Source: Escherichia coli | GTDB taxonomy: Bacteria > Pseudomonadota > Gammaproteobacteria > Enterobacterales > Enterobacteriaceae | Reading direction: 5' to 3' (one strand) | Length of the DNA: 64,000 nt | Assembly: GCF_016026235.1 (NCBI RefSeq) | Contig: NZ_CP065613.1 | Shown here: piece after piece, positions 43,761-58,900 of the stretch | Layout of the letters: each line of letters opens with the position of its first letter | Position numbering within the stretch: position 1 is the stretch's first letter | Notes under the pieces: generated by a model | Databases searched by the model: none | Seen by the model: only the letters and a program-made list of their open reading frames with translations | What the model was told of the DNA's origin: nothing | Program-made: the position numbers and the translations under genes

Positions 43761-44619
43761 AATTGTGATTACGCATCACCCCTTCCTGAACGGTCGAGGC
43801 AACCAGTACGCCGTCATGGGTATAAAACTCACCGCGCACAAAGCCACGTGCGCTGGACGCCGAGGTGCTCTCCACGCTATACAGCAGCCATTCATTCAAA
43901 TTAAACGGGCGATGGAACCACATGGAATGGTCAATGGTGGCAATCTGAATCCCCGGTTCGAGAAAACCGATGCCGTGCGGCTGTAGAGCTACCGGCAGGA
44001 AGTTAAGATCAGAAGCGTAACCGAGCAGATACTGATGAACGCGCAGGTCATCCGGCACGCTACCATTTGCGCGGATCCACACCTGACGATGTGGTTCTGC
44101 GACGTGACCTTTCAGTGGGTTATGAAACTCCACCGGACGGACTTCCAGCGGACGATCGCAGATGAATTTATCTTTCAGCACTGGCGGCAGCAGGTGCGCC
44201 AGCGACTGGGCGATTTGCGTTTCCGAAGGCAGGCCATCAGGCGCTGGCGCGGACGGCATTGTTTTTTGATGTTCGAAACCCGCTTCTGGTGCCTGGAAAG
44301 AGGCCGTCATATAAAAAATCGGTTTGCCGTTTTGAATAGCAGCAACCCGGCGGGCGCTGAAGCTGTTACCGTCACGCAGCGTTTCGACATCATAAATAAT
44401 CGGTTTCTTACTATCGCCTGGGCGAAGAAAGTAGCTGTGAAACGAATGTACCAGCCGCTCTTCCGGGACGGTCTCTTTTGCAGCATACAAGGCCTGACCC
44501 ACGACCTGGCCGCCAAACACCTGGCGTAAACCTAAATCTTCACTCTGGCCGCGAAAGAGTCCTTCCTCAATTTTTTCCAGATTTAACAATGTCAGTAAAT
44601 TTTTTAGCGCCTGACTCAT
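43759..44619 (-). CDS. tesB: acyl-CoA thioesterase II
   Basis: Met at 44619 gives [24 protein letters not shown]; 286 aa. Confidence 0.93.
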   Translation of the reverse strand: MSQALKNLLTLLNLEKIEEGLFRGQSEDLGLRQVFGGQVVGQALYAAKETVPEERLVHSFHSYFLRPGDSKKPIIYDVETLRDGNSFSARRVAAIQNGKPIFYMTASFQAPEAGFEHQKTMPSAPAPDGLPSETQIAQSLAHLLPPVLKDKFICDRPLEVRPVEFHNPLKGHVAEPHRQVWIRANGSVPDDLRVHQYLLGYASDLNFLPVALQPHGIGFLEPGIQIATIDHSMWFHRPFNLNEWLLYSVESTSASSARGFVRGEFYTHDGVLVASTVQEGVMRNHN

Positions 44620-44836
44620 ATAACTCTCCAGTAACAAAGCTGCCGCAGCAAGCCAAAGTGAGTTGAGTATAACGCAAATTTGCCACTGGTCCGATGGGTA
44701 CAATAGTCTGAATTACGGGCTAATTACAGGCAGAAATGCGTGATGTGTGCCACACTTGTTGACGTTACTATTTTGTTAACCACTCTTCCGGCGAGGAAAG
44801 TTAGCCCGCTGGTGCATTGATAATAAGGAGAAATGA

Positions 44837-45409
44837 ATGAAACTCGTGCACATGGCCAGTGGTTTAGCGGTTGCGATTGCGTTGGCGGCTTGCGCAGATA
44901 AAAGCGCGGATATTCAGACGCCAGCCCCGGCTGCAAATACGTCTATTTCAGCAACACAACAACCTGCTATCCAGCAACCGAATGTCTCCGGTACCGTCTG
45001 GATCCGTCAGAAAGTCGCACTGCCGCCTGATGCTGTGCTGACCGTGACACTTTCTGACGCGTCGTTAGCCGATGCACCGTCAAAAGTGCTGGCGCAGAAA
45101 GCGGTGCGTACTGAAGGTAAACAGTCACCATTCAGCTTTGTTCTGCCATTTAACCCGGCAGATGTTCAGCCGAACGCGCGTATTCTGTTGAGTGCGGCGA
45201 TTACCGTGAATGACAAACTGGTATTTATCACCGATACCGTTCAGCCGGTGATCAACCAGGGCGGAACTAAAGCCGACCTGACATTGGTGCCGGTACAGCA
45301 AACCGCCGTGCCGGTTCAGGCCAGCGGTGGCGCAACGACTACCGTACCTTCGACTTCACCAACTCAGGTGAATCCGTCTTCGGCAGTTCCAGCTCCTACG
45401 CAATATTAA
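44837..45409 (+). CDS. ybaY: lipoprotein YbaY
   Basis: 190-aa ORF with lipobox LAAC and Pro/Thr-rich C-terminus. Confidence 0.85.
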   Translation: MKLVHMASGLAVAIALAACADKSADIQTPAPAANTSISATQQPAIQQPNVSGTVWIRQKVALPPDAVLTVTLSDASLADAPSKVLAQKAVRTEGKQSPFSFVLPFNPADVQPNARILLSAAITVNDKLVFITDTVQPVINQGGTKADLTLVPVQQTAVPVQASGGATTTVPSTSPTQVNPSSAVPAPTQY

Positions 45410-45439
45410 GCGACGTTAACCCTCTCCGCCCGGAGAGGG

Positions 45440-45829
45440 TTAGTAGTTCCAGCGATAACGCTGCAAGTCGATTTGCCCGCTTCCCGATACCATCACACCT
45501 TCTGCCAGTAATGCCTGTCGCTGACGCTGTAAATCCGGTCCGGTTAGCGAAATTGTGCCGTGGCGATTAACCACCCGGTGCCAGGGTAAGGTGCTGCCTT
45601 CAGGGAGACGCTTTAACACACCGCCCACCTGGCGCGCGGCGCGGGGCGATCCCGCCAGTTTCGCCACATCACCGTAAGTGGTGACATAGCCTTCGGGAAT
45701 AGCGGCGACGATTTGCCAGACGCGTTGGGGAAATGAATCTTCTTTTTCCATCTTTTCTTCCTGAGGTAATTTTTCAGCATAATCTGGAAAAACGCCCGAG
45801 TGAAGTCGCATTGCGCAAGAAACCAGCAT
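45440..45829 (-). CDS. atl: DNA base-flipping protein Atl (YbaZ), alkyltransferase-like
   Basis: ORF 45440..45904; 129-aa product from Met 45829; MGMT-like HTH region (PWHRVVN). Confidence 0.8.
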   Translation of the reverse strand: MLVSCAMRLHSGVFPDYAEKLPQEEKMEKEDSFPQRVWQIVAAIPEGYVTTYGDVAKLAGSPRAARQVGGVLKRLPEGSTLPWHRVVNRHGTISLTGPDLQRQRQALLAEGVMVSGSGQIDLQRYRWNY

Positions 45830-46129
45830 CTGGCACGCAATGGGTTGCAATTCGCCGGGGCAGCAGTGATAATGCGCCTGCGCGTTGGTTTTCAACGCTC
45901 TCAATGGGGGCTCTGTTGGTTCTCCCGCAACGCTACTCTGTTTACCAGGTCAGGTCCGGAAGGAAGCAGCCAAGGCAGATGACGCGTGTGCCGGGATGTA
46001 GCTGGCAGGGCCCCCACCCATTTCTGCCTCCCACCGTTTCGTCAAAAAATCCCAACATGGCTAAACTTTAACCACAACTGACGTCGCAAGAATTGTCTGG
46101 CTGCGCAGTACGCTTCGGAGGTATGTCTG

Positions 46130-46483
46130 ATGAAGTATGTTGATGGTTTTGTGGTTGCCGTTCCTGCCGATAAAAAGGATGCCTATCGGGAAATGGCCGC
46201 TAAGGCCGCGCCATTGTTTAAAGAGTTTGGCGCGCTTCGTATTGTCGAATGCTGGGCCAGCGATGTACCGGATGGCAAAGTGACCGATTTTCGTATGGCG
46301 GTGAAAGCGGAAGAGAATGAAGAGGTTGTCTTTAGCTGGATTGAATACCCTTCAAAAGAGGTCCGCGACGCAGCTAATCAAAAGATGATGTCGGACCCAC
46401 GGATGAAAGAGTTCGGCGAGTCCATGCCGTTTGACGGCAAGCGAATGATCTATGGCGGATTCGAGTCAATCATCGACGAATAG
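46130..46483 (+). CDS. ybaA: DUF1428 protein YbaA
   Basis: 117-aa ORF; synteny. Confidence 0.85.
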   Translation: MKYVDGFVVAVPADKKDAYREMAAKAAPLFKEFGALRIVECWASDVPDGKVTDFRMAVKAEENEEVVFSWIEYPSKEVRDAANQKMMSDPRMKEFGESMPFDGKRMIYGGFESIIDE

Positions 46484-46524
46484 GTAGCGTGACGGGCTGT
46501 GCGGCGTGCCGTCAGCCCAAAAAT

Positions 46525-48081
46525 TCACAAATGTTGCTCGGCCCAGCGTAAGAAATCTTCTTTCGGTAATGCCTTGCTGTAGAGCCAGCCCTGACCGTAG
46601 TGCACGCCATGCTGGCGTAGCCACTCTTCTTGTTTACTGGTTTCGATTCCCTCCGCTACCATTTTCAGTTTCAGTGTTTTTGCCATTTCGATGATATGCG
46701 GCGTGACATTTTTATATTCCAGCGCATCAACGAAAGATTTATCGATCTTCAGAATGTCGACATCCAGATCCTGTAAATAACTTAAACTTGAATACCCCGT
46801 ACCAAAATCATCAAGATAAATTTCATGGCCCGCCTCCCGGTAGCGAGAAATTATCGGGGCGCTGGTTTTCGGATCGGCAAACTCGCGTTCAGTGAGTTCA
46901 AGCGCGATCTGTCTGGGATTAACCTGATAGTGATTGATCATTTCACGCAGCAATTGCGGGATTTTTTCCGAGGTGAGCACGGTGGATTCAAGATTGATCG
47001 AAATATGCTGCTGTGGATGCTGACGCAAGCAGTCGCCCATATCTTCAAAGACGCTTCTTATAATCAGTAGCGTCAATGGCTCAGAAAGGCCCGTTTGCTG
47101 TGCCAGCGGAATAAAACTATCTGGTGACAACCAACTACCGTCTGTCTGCGGCCAGCGCGCCAGTGCCTCAGCACCGACAATTTTGCCATTGGCTAAGGAG
47201 ACAATCGGCTGATAGTGCACGCAAATATCACGATTTTCGATAGCATCCTGCAGCCGATGATGCGGTGACTGGATACGGCGCAAAATACGCAGCACAAACA
47301 TCGCTGCCAGCAGGCCAATCACCAACCCGAGCGGTAACCAAATAAAGACTTGCCGATGCCAGCCTTTCTGCAACATTTTCGTTGAAGCCCAGGTGATGAT
47401 CGAAATATTCATCTCCGGGAAGGGCAGGATATCGTAAATGATCCCATTATTTTCGATATGCTCACCGGGTGTTTTTTGTAGCCTGGTAATAATTCCCTGA
47501 GCAATTTCATCGCTGCTGGTTATGACAACGTTATGGGCATTGCCAATAATGGCGGCATCAATTTGCCATGAGCTATAGGGAATGACATCAATAAAGGAAG
47601 CGGGGTCGATCATGACGACATAATGTGCCGTTCCCATGGCGACCATGTAACGGATAATGCCTAAATCGTTATGCGATGTTAACCAGACACGATAACCATC
47701 TTTCGAAATTTTACCTGGCTCGGGAAAGGTATCGGGCGGACTTTCATGCTCCAGAGACGAACACTGGGGAACGTTGTTATCGATATAAACCACTTCCTGA
47801 ATATAGCGATAACTGTAAGATACCCGACGCATTTCCATGAGATGGGCTTCGCTACAGTCAGCGCCTTGCCATCTTTCCAGCTCTTGCAGCGCATCTTTCC
47901 CTTGTGTCGCCACCTTATTGGCCCGAATAGCGACGCGGGAGGAATAGGTATCCAGCTCTTCAATAAACGATGTTTCTACCTGCTGATGGGCCAGCCAGAT
48001 GCTTAAGCCGACAGGCAGCAATACTGAAAGAATCAGTACTCCCGAAATAAGGCCGACCAGATGTCGTGTTCTCACCAGCAT
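46525..48081 (-). CDS. pdeB: c-di-GMP phosphodiesterase PdeB (YlaB), CSS/EAL domain protein
   Basis: 518-aa ORF; N-terminal TM/periplasmic region and C-terminal EAL domain (EALARW...DDFGTGYSSL). Confidence 0.9.
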   Translation of the reverse strand: MLVRTRHLVGLISGVLILSVLLPVGLSIWLAHQQVETSFIEELDTYSSRVAIRANKVATQGKDALQELERWQGADCSEAHLMEMRRVSYSYRYIQEVVYIDNNVPQCSSLEHESPPDTFPEPGKISKDGYRVWLTSHNDLGIIRYMVAMGTAHYVVMIDPASFIDVIPYSSWQIDAAIIGNAHNVVITSSDEIAQGIITRLQKTPGEHIENNGIIYDILPFPEMNISIITWASTKMLQKGWHRQVFIWLPLGLVIGLLAAMFVLRILRRIQSPHHRLQDAIENRDICVHYQPIVSLANGKIVGAEALARWPQTDGSWLSPDSFIPLAQQTGLSEPLTLLIIRSVFEDMGDCLRQHPQQHISINLESTVLTSEKIPQLLREMINHYQVNPRQIALELTEREFADPKTSAPIISRYREAGHEIYLDDFGTGYSSLSYLQDLDVDILKIDKSFVDALEYKNVTPHIIEMAKTLKLKMVAEGIETSKQEEWLRQHGVHYGQGWLYSKALPKEDFLRWAEQHL

Positions 48082-48238
48082 ATCCTTATTAACACAGTGT
48101 AGGGAAAGTATATCTGATTGTGGAAAAAGGCTGGCAGGAGATAAGGAGGTAGAGCTGGTATTTCATGAAGTGATGGGTGGAAACGATCGTTGTCATTTGA
48201 CCAGGCGCAGAGCTTTACGCCTGGTATGTAATCCTAAC

Positions 48239-48709
48239 TTAAGATGTTGATTCGGCGCGAGCGAGGGTAAAAATATCGTAAAAAGACAGTTCACCTTTAC
48301 GGACGATCATTTTTTGCAGTTGTTCCTTATGAACATCCGCGACACGCGGAGAGTTCAAGATGGCTTCAACCAGCGCGGCAGGTACAAAGCGCGTGTTGTA
48401 CCATTCGCCGTTATAGCAAACGCGGAAATCCAGCACGTCGATATCTTCATAGCGGTAGCGTGGGTAAACATCGAAAAAGAAGAAACCATTAAGCAGGATA
48501 AATAATACAACCAGTAGCCAGACAGAGCCTGAAAGCGTTTCGGATTGCAACATCACCGCCAGGGTGGCAAAAAAAGCGACGTACATACCGATAAACAGCC
48601 CCGGATGTTTACGGATAAAACTGATACTAAAGCGGGGTTTGTTGTCGCGTTTTTCGCGGGTATTCAGAGACTCAATCGTTTCGGTCAGCAGGCGTTGTAT
48701 TTCGGTCAT
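48239..48709 (-). CDS. ylaC: inner membrane protein YlaC
   Basis: Met at 48709 gives [16 protein letters not shown]; two TM helices. Confidence 0.85.
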
Positions 48710-48824
48710 CGTTTGCCTTCGTGGTATCTGCAACTTTCCAGGGAACACCCTATTTTAACGTGGGAATAGTAGAGGGAAAGTAACAGATTTACCACAATTT
48801 TGCATAACAGTTGCGAAAAACCGA

Positions 48825-49376
48825 TTACAATTTTTTGATTATTCTGGCTGGATTACCGCCCACGACAACGTTGTCCGGGACATCTTTTGTGACAACTGCA
48901 CCTGAGGCTACCACGACGTTATCACCAATGGTCACACCAGGGTTAATGACCGCGCGTCCGCCAATCCAGACGTTATTACCGATGGTGACGGGTTTCCCCA
49001 GTTCAGCACCGCTATTACGTGCTACAGGGTCGATGGGATGTGTTGCCGTGTAGATATGAACGCCTGGTGCCAACATACAGTTATCACCGATGCGAATAGG
49101 GCAGACATCAAGCATCACGCAATCGAAGTTGGCGAAAAAATTATTACCGAGAAAAATGTTATAGCCATAGTCACAGCGAAACGTTGGCTCAATATAAGCC
49201 TCTGTCACCTGACCGAATAGATCAGCGAGAATTTGCTGGCGTAATGTGTGCTCTTCCGCCAGGGAATGATTGTATCGGTGAATAAGCTGACGAGCACGCA
49301 GGCGATCGCGAGATAACGTCTCATCTGCCGAGCGATACAACTCACCAGCAATCATCTTTTCTTTTTCTGTGCTCAT
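48825..49376 (-). CDS. maa: maltose O-acetyltransferase
   Basis: 183-aa ORF with hexapeptide-repeat acetyltransferase sequence. Confidence 0.9.
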
Positions 49377-49547
49377 TACTGACCTCCGGTTGCTGAAAAT
49401 GCGGCAACACAGTAAGACGAAAAGTCAGTGAAGAGAACGTTCCCATTACATCTGTGTGATAAAGATCACATAGGGTATGTCTTCATGGCGGAAAAGTATA
49501 AAATTCTTAATAAACAGCCAGTTATAGCTCCGAAAGCGAATTATTTA

Positions 49548-49766
49548 TTAGCGAATAAATTTCCATACTGAGGAAGGGATCTTGTCGTACAGTTTATTCA
49601 TGGTCAATTCGGCGAGGCGGTGATCTGCGGCTGAGTAAAATACCGCCAGTTCATTATCTGATAATTCGTATTTATTTTTCTCGATAACACGCTCCAGCGT
49701 GTCAATTGTCTGGCAACGACGTAAACGCATTAAATAATCGGTTTTCGTTAAAGGTTTTTCGGACAT
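49548..49766 (-). CDS. hha: hemolysin expression modulator Hha
   Basis: Met at 49766 gives [35 protein letters not shown]; 72 aa. Confidence 0.92.
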
Positions 49767-49791
49767 ACTTCTACCCATGGTTGTAATAATT

Positions 49792-50166
49792 CTAACAAGA
49801 TAAACTCGCAGGATTCTCTTTCGTCGCATTGACAAAACAACGGAATAGTCGATTACCTGATTTCCGCCATTTCTGAAGATCCTGCATATTAATACCATAA
49901 CTACTGAACAACATAAAGGTGTCATCCAGATATTCGTCGATCTGCTCAATGAGCTTATTGTCTTCATTATACTTAATTTTGTAATTAAGTGCGAAGGTCG
50001 CAATATGCTCAATCAGTTCATTCAACTGGAGGTTGATCGCCGAGGTTGGGTCGTTAACCCAGCCATGATTGCTTTCTTCAAGGTTTGCAAGGCAGTCATG
50101 ATACAGGGTTTCACAGAGAAACTTAAGCTGTGCGATATCATGTCTTTTGGGTGAGTATTCATCCAT
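49792..50166 (-). CDS. tomB: Hha toxicity modulator TomB (YbaJ)
   Basis: 124-aa ORF immediately upstream of hha. Confidence 0.9.
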
Positions 50167-50674
50167 AACGCGTCCCCTTCTTAGCGGTTGAACTAACGGA
50201 CACCTTTCGGGATGGAAAAAACTTACTGACCTGGACTTGCCCTCTCGTTTGTTAGCTTAACTATAAGCCACTCTTTGCAGGTTTTCATCGCATTATTACG
50301 AAAAATTACAATTAGGAAGGAATCGGGACAGGACTCACTTTTTCATACTAGCACTAACCCGCAGCAGGTAAAAGCAGTTTGCTCGAACTGTTCATAACAT
50401 TTCAGGATTATCGCCAGATGAAATTGGTGACACTAATACCAGGATTGCTCTGAATATGACGTAATAACCGAGGAATGAATAAAGAATTACCGCAAATAAT
50501 TAAGAATAGCCTCTAAATGATTATGGATTATTAAATCTATTAGCGCTACTTAATATAAATTAACTAACAATCAGTATTTTTTATGAATTTTATCCGTGGT
50601 TAATACTGGTTTTCGTATGAGATCCTGAGTTGGTGGTTCAATTACTCCTTAATGTTCGTAGGTTATGCATAAAA

Positions 50675-50694
50675 AAGGCCGCTTGCGCGGCCTT
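50675..50694 (-). terminator. putative intrinsic terminator downstream of acrB
   Basis: hairpin GGCCGC-ttgc-GCGGCC; on the minus strand it is followed by UUUUUUAU. Confidence 0.6.
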
Positions 50695-50711
50695 AGTGAT
50701 TACACGTTGTA

Positions 50712-53864
<3,153 letters not shown>

Positions 53865-53883
53865 TTAACGGCTCCTGTTTAAG

Positions 53884-55077
53884 TTAAGACTTGGACTGTT
53901 CAGGCTGAGCACCGCTTGCGGCTTGCTGGTTATTATCAGCGGTAACTTCTTGTGCTTTTACCTGGACACCAGGACGCACTTTCTGCAGCCCACTTATTAC
54001 TACGCGATCGCCTGCTTTCAGACCTTCTGTCACCAGCCACTTATCGCCAATAGCCTGGCTTGCAACGATCGGACGGGTTTCCACTTTGTCATCCGCGCCA
54101 ACCACCAGTACGGTGGCATCGCCACGCGGCGTACGGGTTACGCCCTGTTGCGGGACTAAAATAGCGTTTGGATTAAGCCCTTCTTCCAGACGTGCGCGCA
54201 CGAACATACCCGGCAGCAGAGTGTGATCCGGGTTCGGGAAGATAGCGCGTAGGGTGATAGACCCAGTGGTCTGATCAACGGTAACGTCAGAGAATTCCAG
54301 CGTACCGTCCTGCGGGAACTTAATGCCGTCACTGGTGATCAGCGACACTTTGGCTTTGCCGTTCTCTTGTTTCAGCGTGCCATTCGCCAGTTCCTGTTTC
54401 AGGCGCAGGAAGTCGTTGCTGGACTGGGTCACATCAACGTAGATCGGATCAAGTTGCTGCACGGTTGCCAGCGCAGTCGCCTGACCGTTCTGTACCAATG
54501 CGCCTTCCGTCACGTTCGACTTACCAATGCGACCGCTAATCGGAGAGGTGACTTTGGTGTAAGCCAGATTGATCCGCGCAGTTTCAACAGCAGCTTTCGC
54601 CGCAGTTACCGCAGCATTCGCCTGTTGCGCATCAGCCAGAGCCTGATCGTACTCTTGCTTACTGATGTACTGAGTACCGAGCAGTTTCTGATAACGATTC
54701 ACCGTCAATTGCGCGATATTGGCTGCAGCCTGGGCTTTCGCCAGATCACCTTTCGCACTGTCGTATGTCGCCTGATAGGTCGCAGGATCAATCTGATAGA
54801 GAGAGACACCTGCTTCGATGTCGCTACCTTCTTTGAAATTACGCTTCAGGATAATCCCGCTAACTTGAGGACGAACTTCTGCGATCCGGTAGGCACTGGT
54901 GCGACCCGGAAGCTCGGTTGTGATCTGCAGAGGTTCAGTTTTGACTGTTACTACGCCAACGGCGGGCATCTGCTGGCCACCTTGTTGGGCCTGTTTGTCG
55001 TCACATCCTGTTAGGGCTAAGCTGCCTGAGAGCATCAGAACGACCGCCAGAGGCGTAAACCCTCTGTTTTTGTTCAT
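53884..55077 (-). CDS. acrA: periplasmic adaptor (membrane fusion protein) AcrA
   Basis: Met at 55077 gives MNKNRGFTPLAVVLMLSGSLALTGC (lipobox); 397 aa. Confidence 0.95.
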   Translation of the reverse strand: MNKNRGFTPLAVVLMLSGSLALTGCDDKQAQQGGQQMPAVGVVTVKTEPLQITTELPGRTSAYRIAEVRPQVSGIILKRNFKEGSDIEAGVSLYQIDPATYQATYDSAKGDLAKAQAAANIAQLTVNRYQKLLGTQYISKQEYDQALADAQQANAAVTAAKAAVETARINLAYTKVTSPISGRIGKSNVTEGALVQNGQATALATVQQLDPIYVDVTQSSNDFLRLKQELANGTLKQENGKAKVSLITSDGIKFPQDGTLEFSDVTVDQTTGSITLRAIFPNPDHTLLPGMFVRARLEEGLNPNAILVPQQGVTRTPRGDATVLVVGADDKVETRPIVASQAIGDKWLVTEGLKAGDRVVISGLQKVRPGVQVKAQEVTADNNQQAASGAQPEQSKS

Positions 55078-55166
55078 ATGTAAACCTCGAGTGTCCGATT
55101 TCAAATTGGTCAATGGTCAAAAGTTAATAAACCCATTGCTGCGTTTATATTATCGTCGTGCTATGG

Positions 55167-55190
55167 TACATACATTCACAAATGTATGTA
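55167..55190. promoter_or_regulatory. AcrR operator: 24-bp palindrome in the acrAB-acrR divergent promoter
   Basis: TACATACATTCACAAATGTATGTA read directly; matches the AcrR binding inverted repeat as I recall it. Confidence 0.75.
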
Positions 55191-55218
55191 AATCTAACGC
55201 CTGTAAATTCACGAACAT

Positions 55219-55866
55219 ATGGCACGAAAAACCAAACAAGAAGCGCAAGAAACGCGCCAACACATCCTCGATGTGGCTCTACGTCTTTTCTCACAGCAGG
55301 GGGTATCATCCACCTCGCTGGGCGAGATTGCAAAAGCAGCTGGCGTTACGCGCGGTGCAATCTACTGGCATTTTAAAGACAAGTCGGATTTGTTCAGTGA
55401 GATCTGGGAACTGTCAGAATCCAATATTGGTGAACTAGAGCTTGAGTATCAGGCAAAATTCCCTGGCGATCCACTCTCAGTATTAAGAGAGATATTAATT
55501 CATGTTCTTGAATCCACGGTGACAGAAGAACGGCGTCGATTATTGATAGAGATTATATTCCACAAATGCGAATTTGTCGGAGAAATGGCTGTTGTGCAAC
55601 AGGCACAACGTAATCTCTGTCTGGAAAGTTATGACCGTATAGAACAAACGTTAAAACATTGTATTGAAGCGAAAATGTTGCCTGCGGATTTAATGACGCG
55701 TCGCGCAGCAATTATTATGCGCGGCTATATTTCCGGCCTGATGGAAAACTGGCTCTTTGCCCCGCAATCTTTTGATCTTAAAAAAGAAGCCCGCGATTAC
55801 GTTGCCATCTTACTGGAGATGTATCTCCTGTGCCCCACGCTTCGTAATCCTGCCATTACCGAATAA
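55219..55866 (+). CDS. acrR: TetR-family repressor AcrR
   Basis: 215-aa [55 protein letters not shown]. Confidence 0.95.
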   Translation: MARKTKQEAQETRQHILDVALRLFSQQGVSSTSLGEIAKAAGVTRGAIYWHFKDKSDLFSEIWELSESNIGELELEYQAKFPGDPLSVLREILIHVLESTVTEERRRLLIEIIFHKCEFVGEMAVVQQAQRNLCLESYDRIEQTLKHCIEAKMLPADLMTRRAAIIMRGYISGLMENWLFAPQSFDLKKEARDYVAILLEMYLLCPTLRNPAITE

Positions 55867-55993
55867 CCCTGAATCTGACTCCAGGATTTTTCCTGGACAT
55901 TTTCGTCGTTGCTATTCTGGTTCACTGCGCCGTGATATTCTTGCGGTTTGACTTTTTCAGGTCGTTCTTCAGGTTCAGAAACCTTCATTCATC

Positions 55994-58900
55994 ATGACTA
56001 TGTTCCAGTATTACAAACGATCACGGCATTTTGTTTTTTCAGCATTTATTGCTTTTGTTTTTGTCTTGTTATGCCAGAACACGGCGTTTGCGCGGGCGTC
56101 ATCGAATGGTGATTTACCGACAAAAGCGGACCTGCAGGCGCAACTTGACTCACTAAATAAACAAAAAGATCTTTCTGCTCAGGACAAACTGGTGCAGCAG
56201 GATCTGACAGATACATTAGCCACCCTCGATAAAATCGATCGCGTAAAAGAAGAGACCGTTCAGCTACGGCAAAAAGTCGCTGAAGCGCCGGAAAAAATGC
56301 GCCAGGCGACCGCGGCGTTAACAGCACTTAGCGATGTCGATAACGACGAAGAAACGCGCAAAATTCTGAGCACGCTTTCGTTGCGCCAGCTGGAAACTCG
56401 CGTTGCCCAGGCGCTGGACGATTTGCAAAACGCACAAAACGATCTGGCGTCTTATAACAGCCAGCTGGTTTCGTTACAGACGCAGCCCGAACGCGTGCAA
56501 AATGCGATGTATAACGCTTCGCAGCAGCTGCAACAAATTCGCAGTCGTCTGGATGGGACTGATGTCGGCGAGACTGCCTTACGTCCCAGCCAGAAAGTGT
56601 TAATGCAGGCTCAGCAGGCGTTGCTGAATGCGGAGATTGACCAGCAACGTAAAAGCCTGGAAGGGAATACCGTCTTGCAGGATACCTTGCAAAAGCAACG
56701 TGATTACGTGACGGCGAACAGCGCCCGTCTGGAGCACCAGTTGCAGCTGTTGCAAGAAGCGGTAAACAGCAAGCGCCTGACTTTAACCGAAAAAACGGCG
56801 CAGGAAGCCGTCTCCCCGGATGAAGCCGCGCGTATTCAGGCTAATCCGCTGGTGAAGCAGGAACTGGAAATTAACCAGCAGTTGAGTCAGCGTCTGATTA
56901 CCGCGACTGAAAACGGTAATCAGTTGATGCAGCAAAACATTAAAGTCAAAAACTGGCTGGAGCGGGCGCTGCAATCGGAACGCAATATTAAAGAGCAGAT
57001 TGCCGTCTTGAAGGGCAGCCTGCTGTTATCTCGTATCCTTTACCAGCAACAACAAACGCTGCCCTCGGCGGATGAACTGGAAAACATGACCAACCGCATC
57101 GCGGATTTGCGTCTCGAACAGTTTGAAGTTAACCAGCAGCGTGATGCACTCTTCCAGAGCGATGCGTTCGTCAACAAACTGGAAGAAGGTCACACCAACG
57201 AAGTCAACAGCGAAGTTCACGATGCGTTATTGCAAGTGGTTGATATGCGTCGCAAATTGCTGGATCAACTCAACAAACAGTTGGGTAACCAGCTGATGAT
57301 GGCCATTAACCTGCAAATCAACCAGCAGCAGTTAATGAGCGTATCGAAAAACCTGAAATCCATCCTGACTCAGCAAATCTTTTGGGTGAACAGTAACCGT
57401 CCAATGGACTGGGACTGGATCAAAGCGTTCCCGCAAAGCCTGAAAGATGAATTTAAGTCGATGAAAATTACGGTGAACTGGGAAAAAGCCTGGCCCGCCG
57501 TTTTTATCGCTTTCCTCGCCGGTTTGCCGCTGCTGTTGATTGCCGGGCTGATCCACTGGCGTCTGGGCTGGCTGAAAGCGTATCAACAGAAACTGGCTTC
57601 CGCTGTGGGTTCCCTGCGTAACGACAGTCAGCTCAACACACCAAAAGCGATCCTTATCGACCTGATCCGTGCGCTGCCGGTGTGCCTGATTATTCTCGCG
57701 GTTGGCCTGATTCTGTTGACCATGCAGCTCAACATCAGCGAACTGCTATGGTCGTTCAGTAAAAAACTGGCGATTTTCTGGCTGGTGTTTGGCCTGTGCT
57801 GGAAGGTACTGGAGAAAAATGGCGTTGCCGTGCGTCACTTCGGCATGCCGGAGCAGCAGACCAGCCACTGGCGTCGGCAAATTGTCCGCATCAGTCTCGC
57901 GTTGCTGCCTATCCATTTCTGGTCTGTGGTGGCAGAACTTTCCCCGCTGCATCTGATGGATGATGTGCTGGGGCAGGCGATGATTTTCTTCAACCTGCTG
58001 CTGATTGCCTTCCTGGTATGGCCAATGTGCCGCGAAAGCTGGCGTGATAAAGAGTCGCACACCATGCGACTGGTCACCATTACCGTGCTGTCGATTATCC
58101 CGATTGCATTGATGGTGCTGACTGCCACGGGTTATTTCTACACCACGCTGCGCCTCTCCGGGCGTTGGATTGAAACCGTTTATCTGGTGATCATCTGGAA
58201 CTTGCTCTACCAGACGGTATTGCGCGGCTTAAGCGTAGCGGCGCGGCGTATCGCCTGGCGTCGTGCGCTGGCGCGTCGGCAGAATCTGGTGAAAGAGGGC
58301 GCAGAAGGTGCCGAACCGCCGGAAGAACCCACCATTGCACTGGAACAGGTTAACCAGCAGACGCTGCGTATTACCATGTTGCTGATGTTTGCGCTGTTCG
58401 GTGTCATGTTCTGGGCAATTTGGTCCGATTTGATCACCGTGTTCAGCTATCTCGACAGCATTACGCTGTGGCATTACAACGGTACTGAAGCTGGTGCTGC
58501 GGTGGTGAAAAACGTCACCATGGGTAGTCTGTTGTTTGCGATTATCGCCTCAATGGTGGCCTGGGCGTTGATTCGCAACCTGCCTGGTTTGCTGGAAGTG
58601 CTGGTGCTCTCGCGACTGAATATGCGCTAGGGCGCGTCGTATGCCATTACTACCATCCTTAACTACATCATTATTGCTGTTGGTGCGATGACGGTGTTCG
58701 GATCGCTGGGCGTCTCTTGGGATAAACTCCAGTGGCTGGCAGCAGCATTATCCGTAGGTCTTGGTTTTGGTTTACAAGAAATTTTCGGTAACTTCGTCTC
58801 CGGTTTGATCATTCTATTCGAACGTCCGGTGCGTATTGGCGATACGGTAACCATTGGTAGCTTCTCGGGGACGGTAAGTAAGATCCGTATTCGTGCGACA

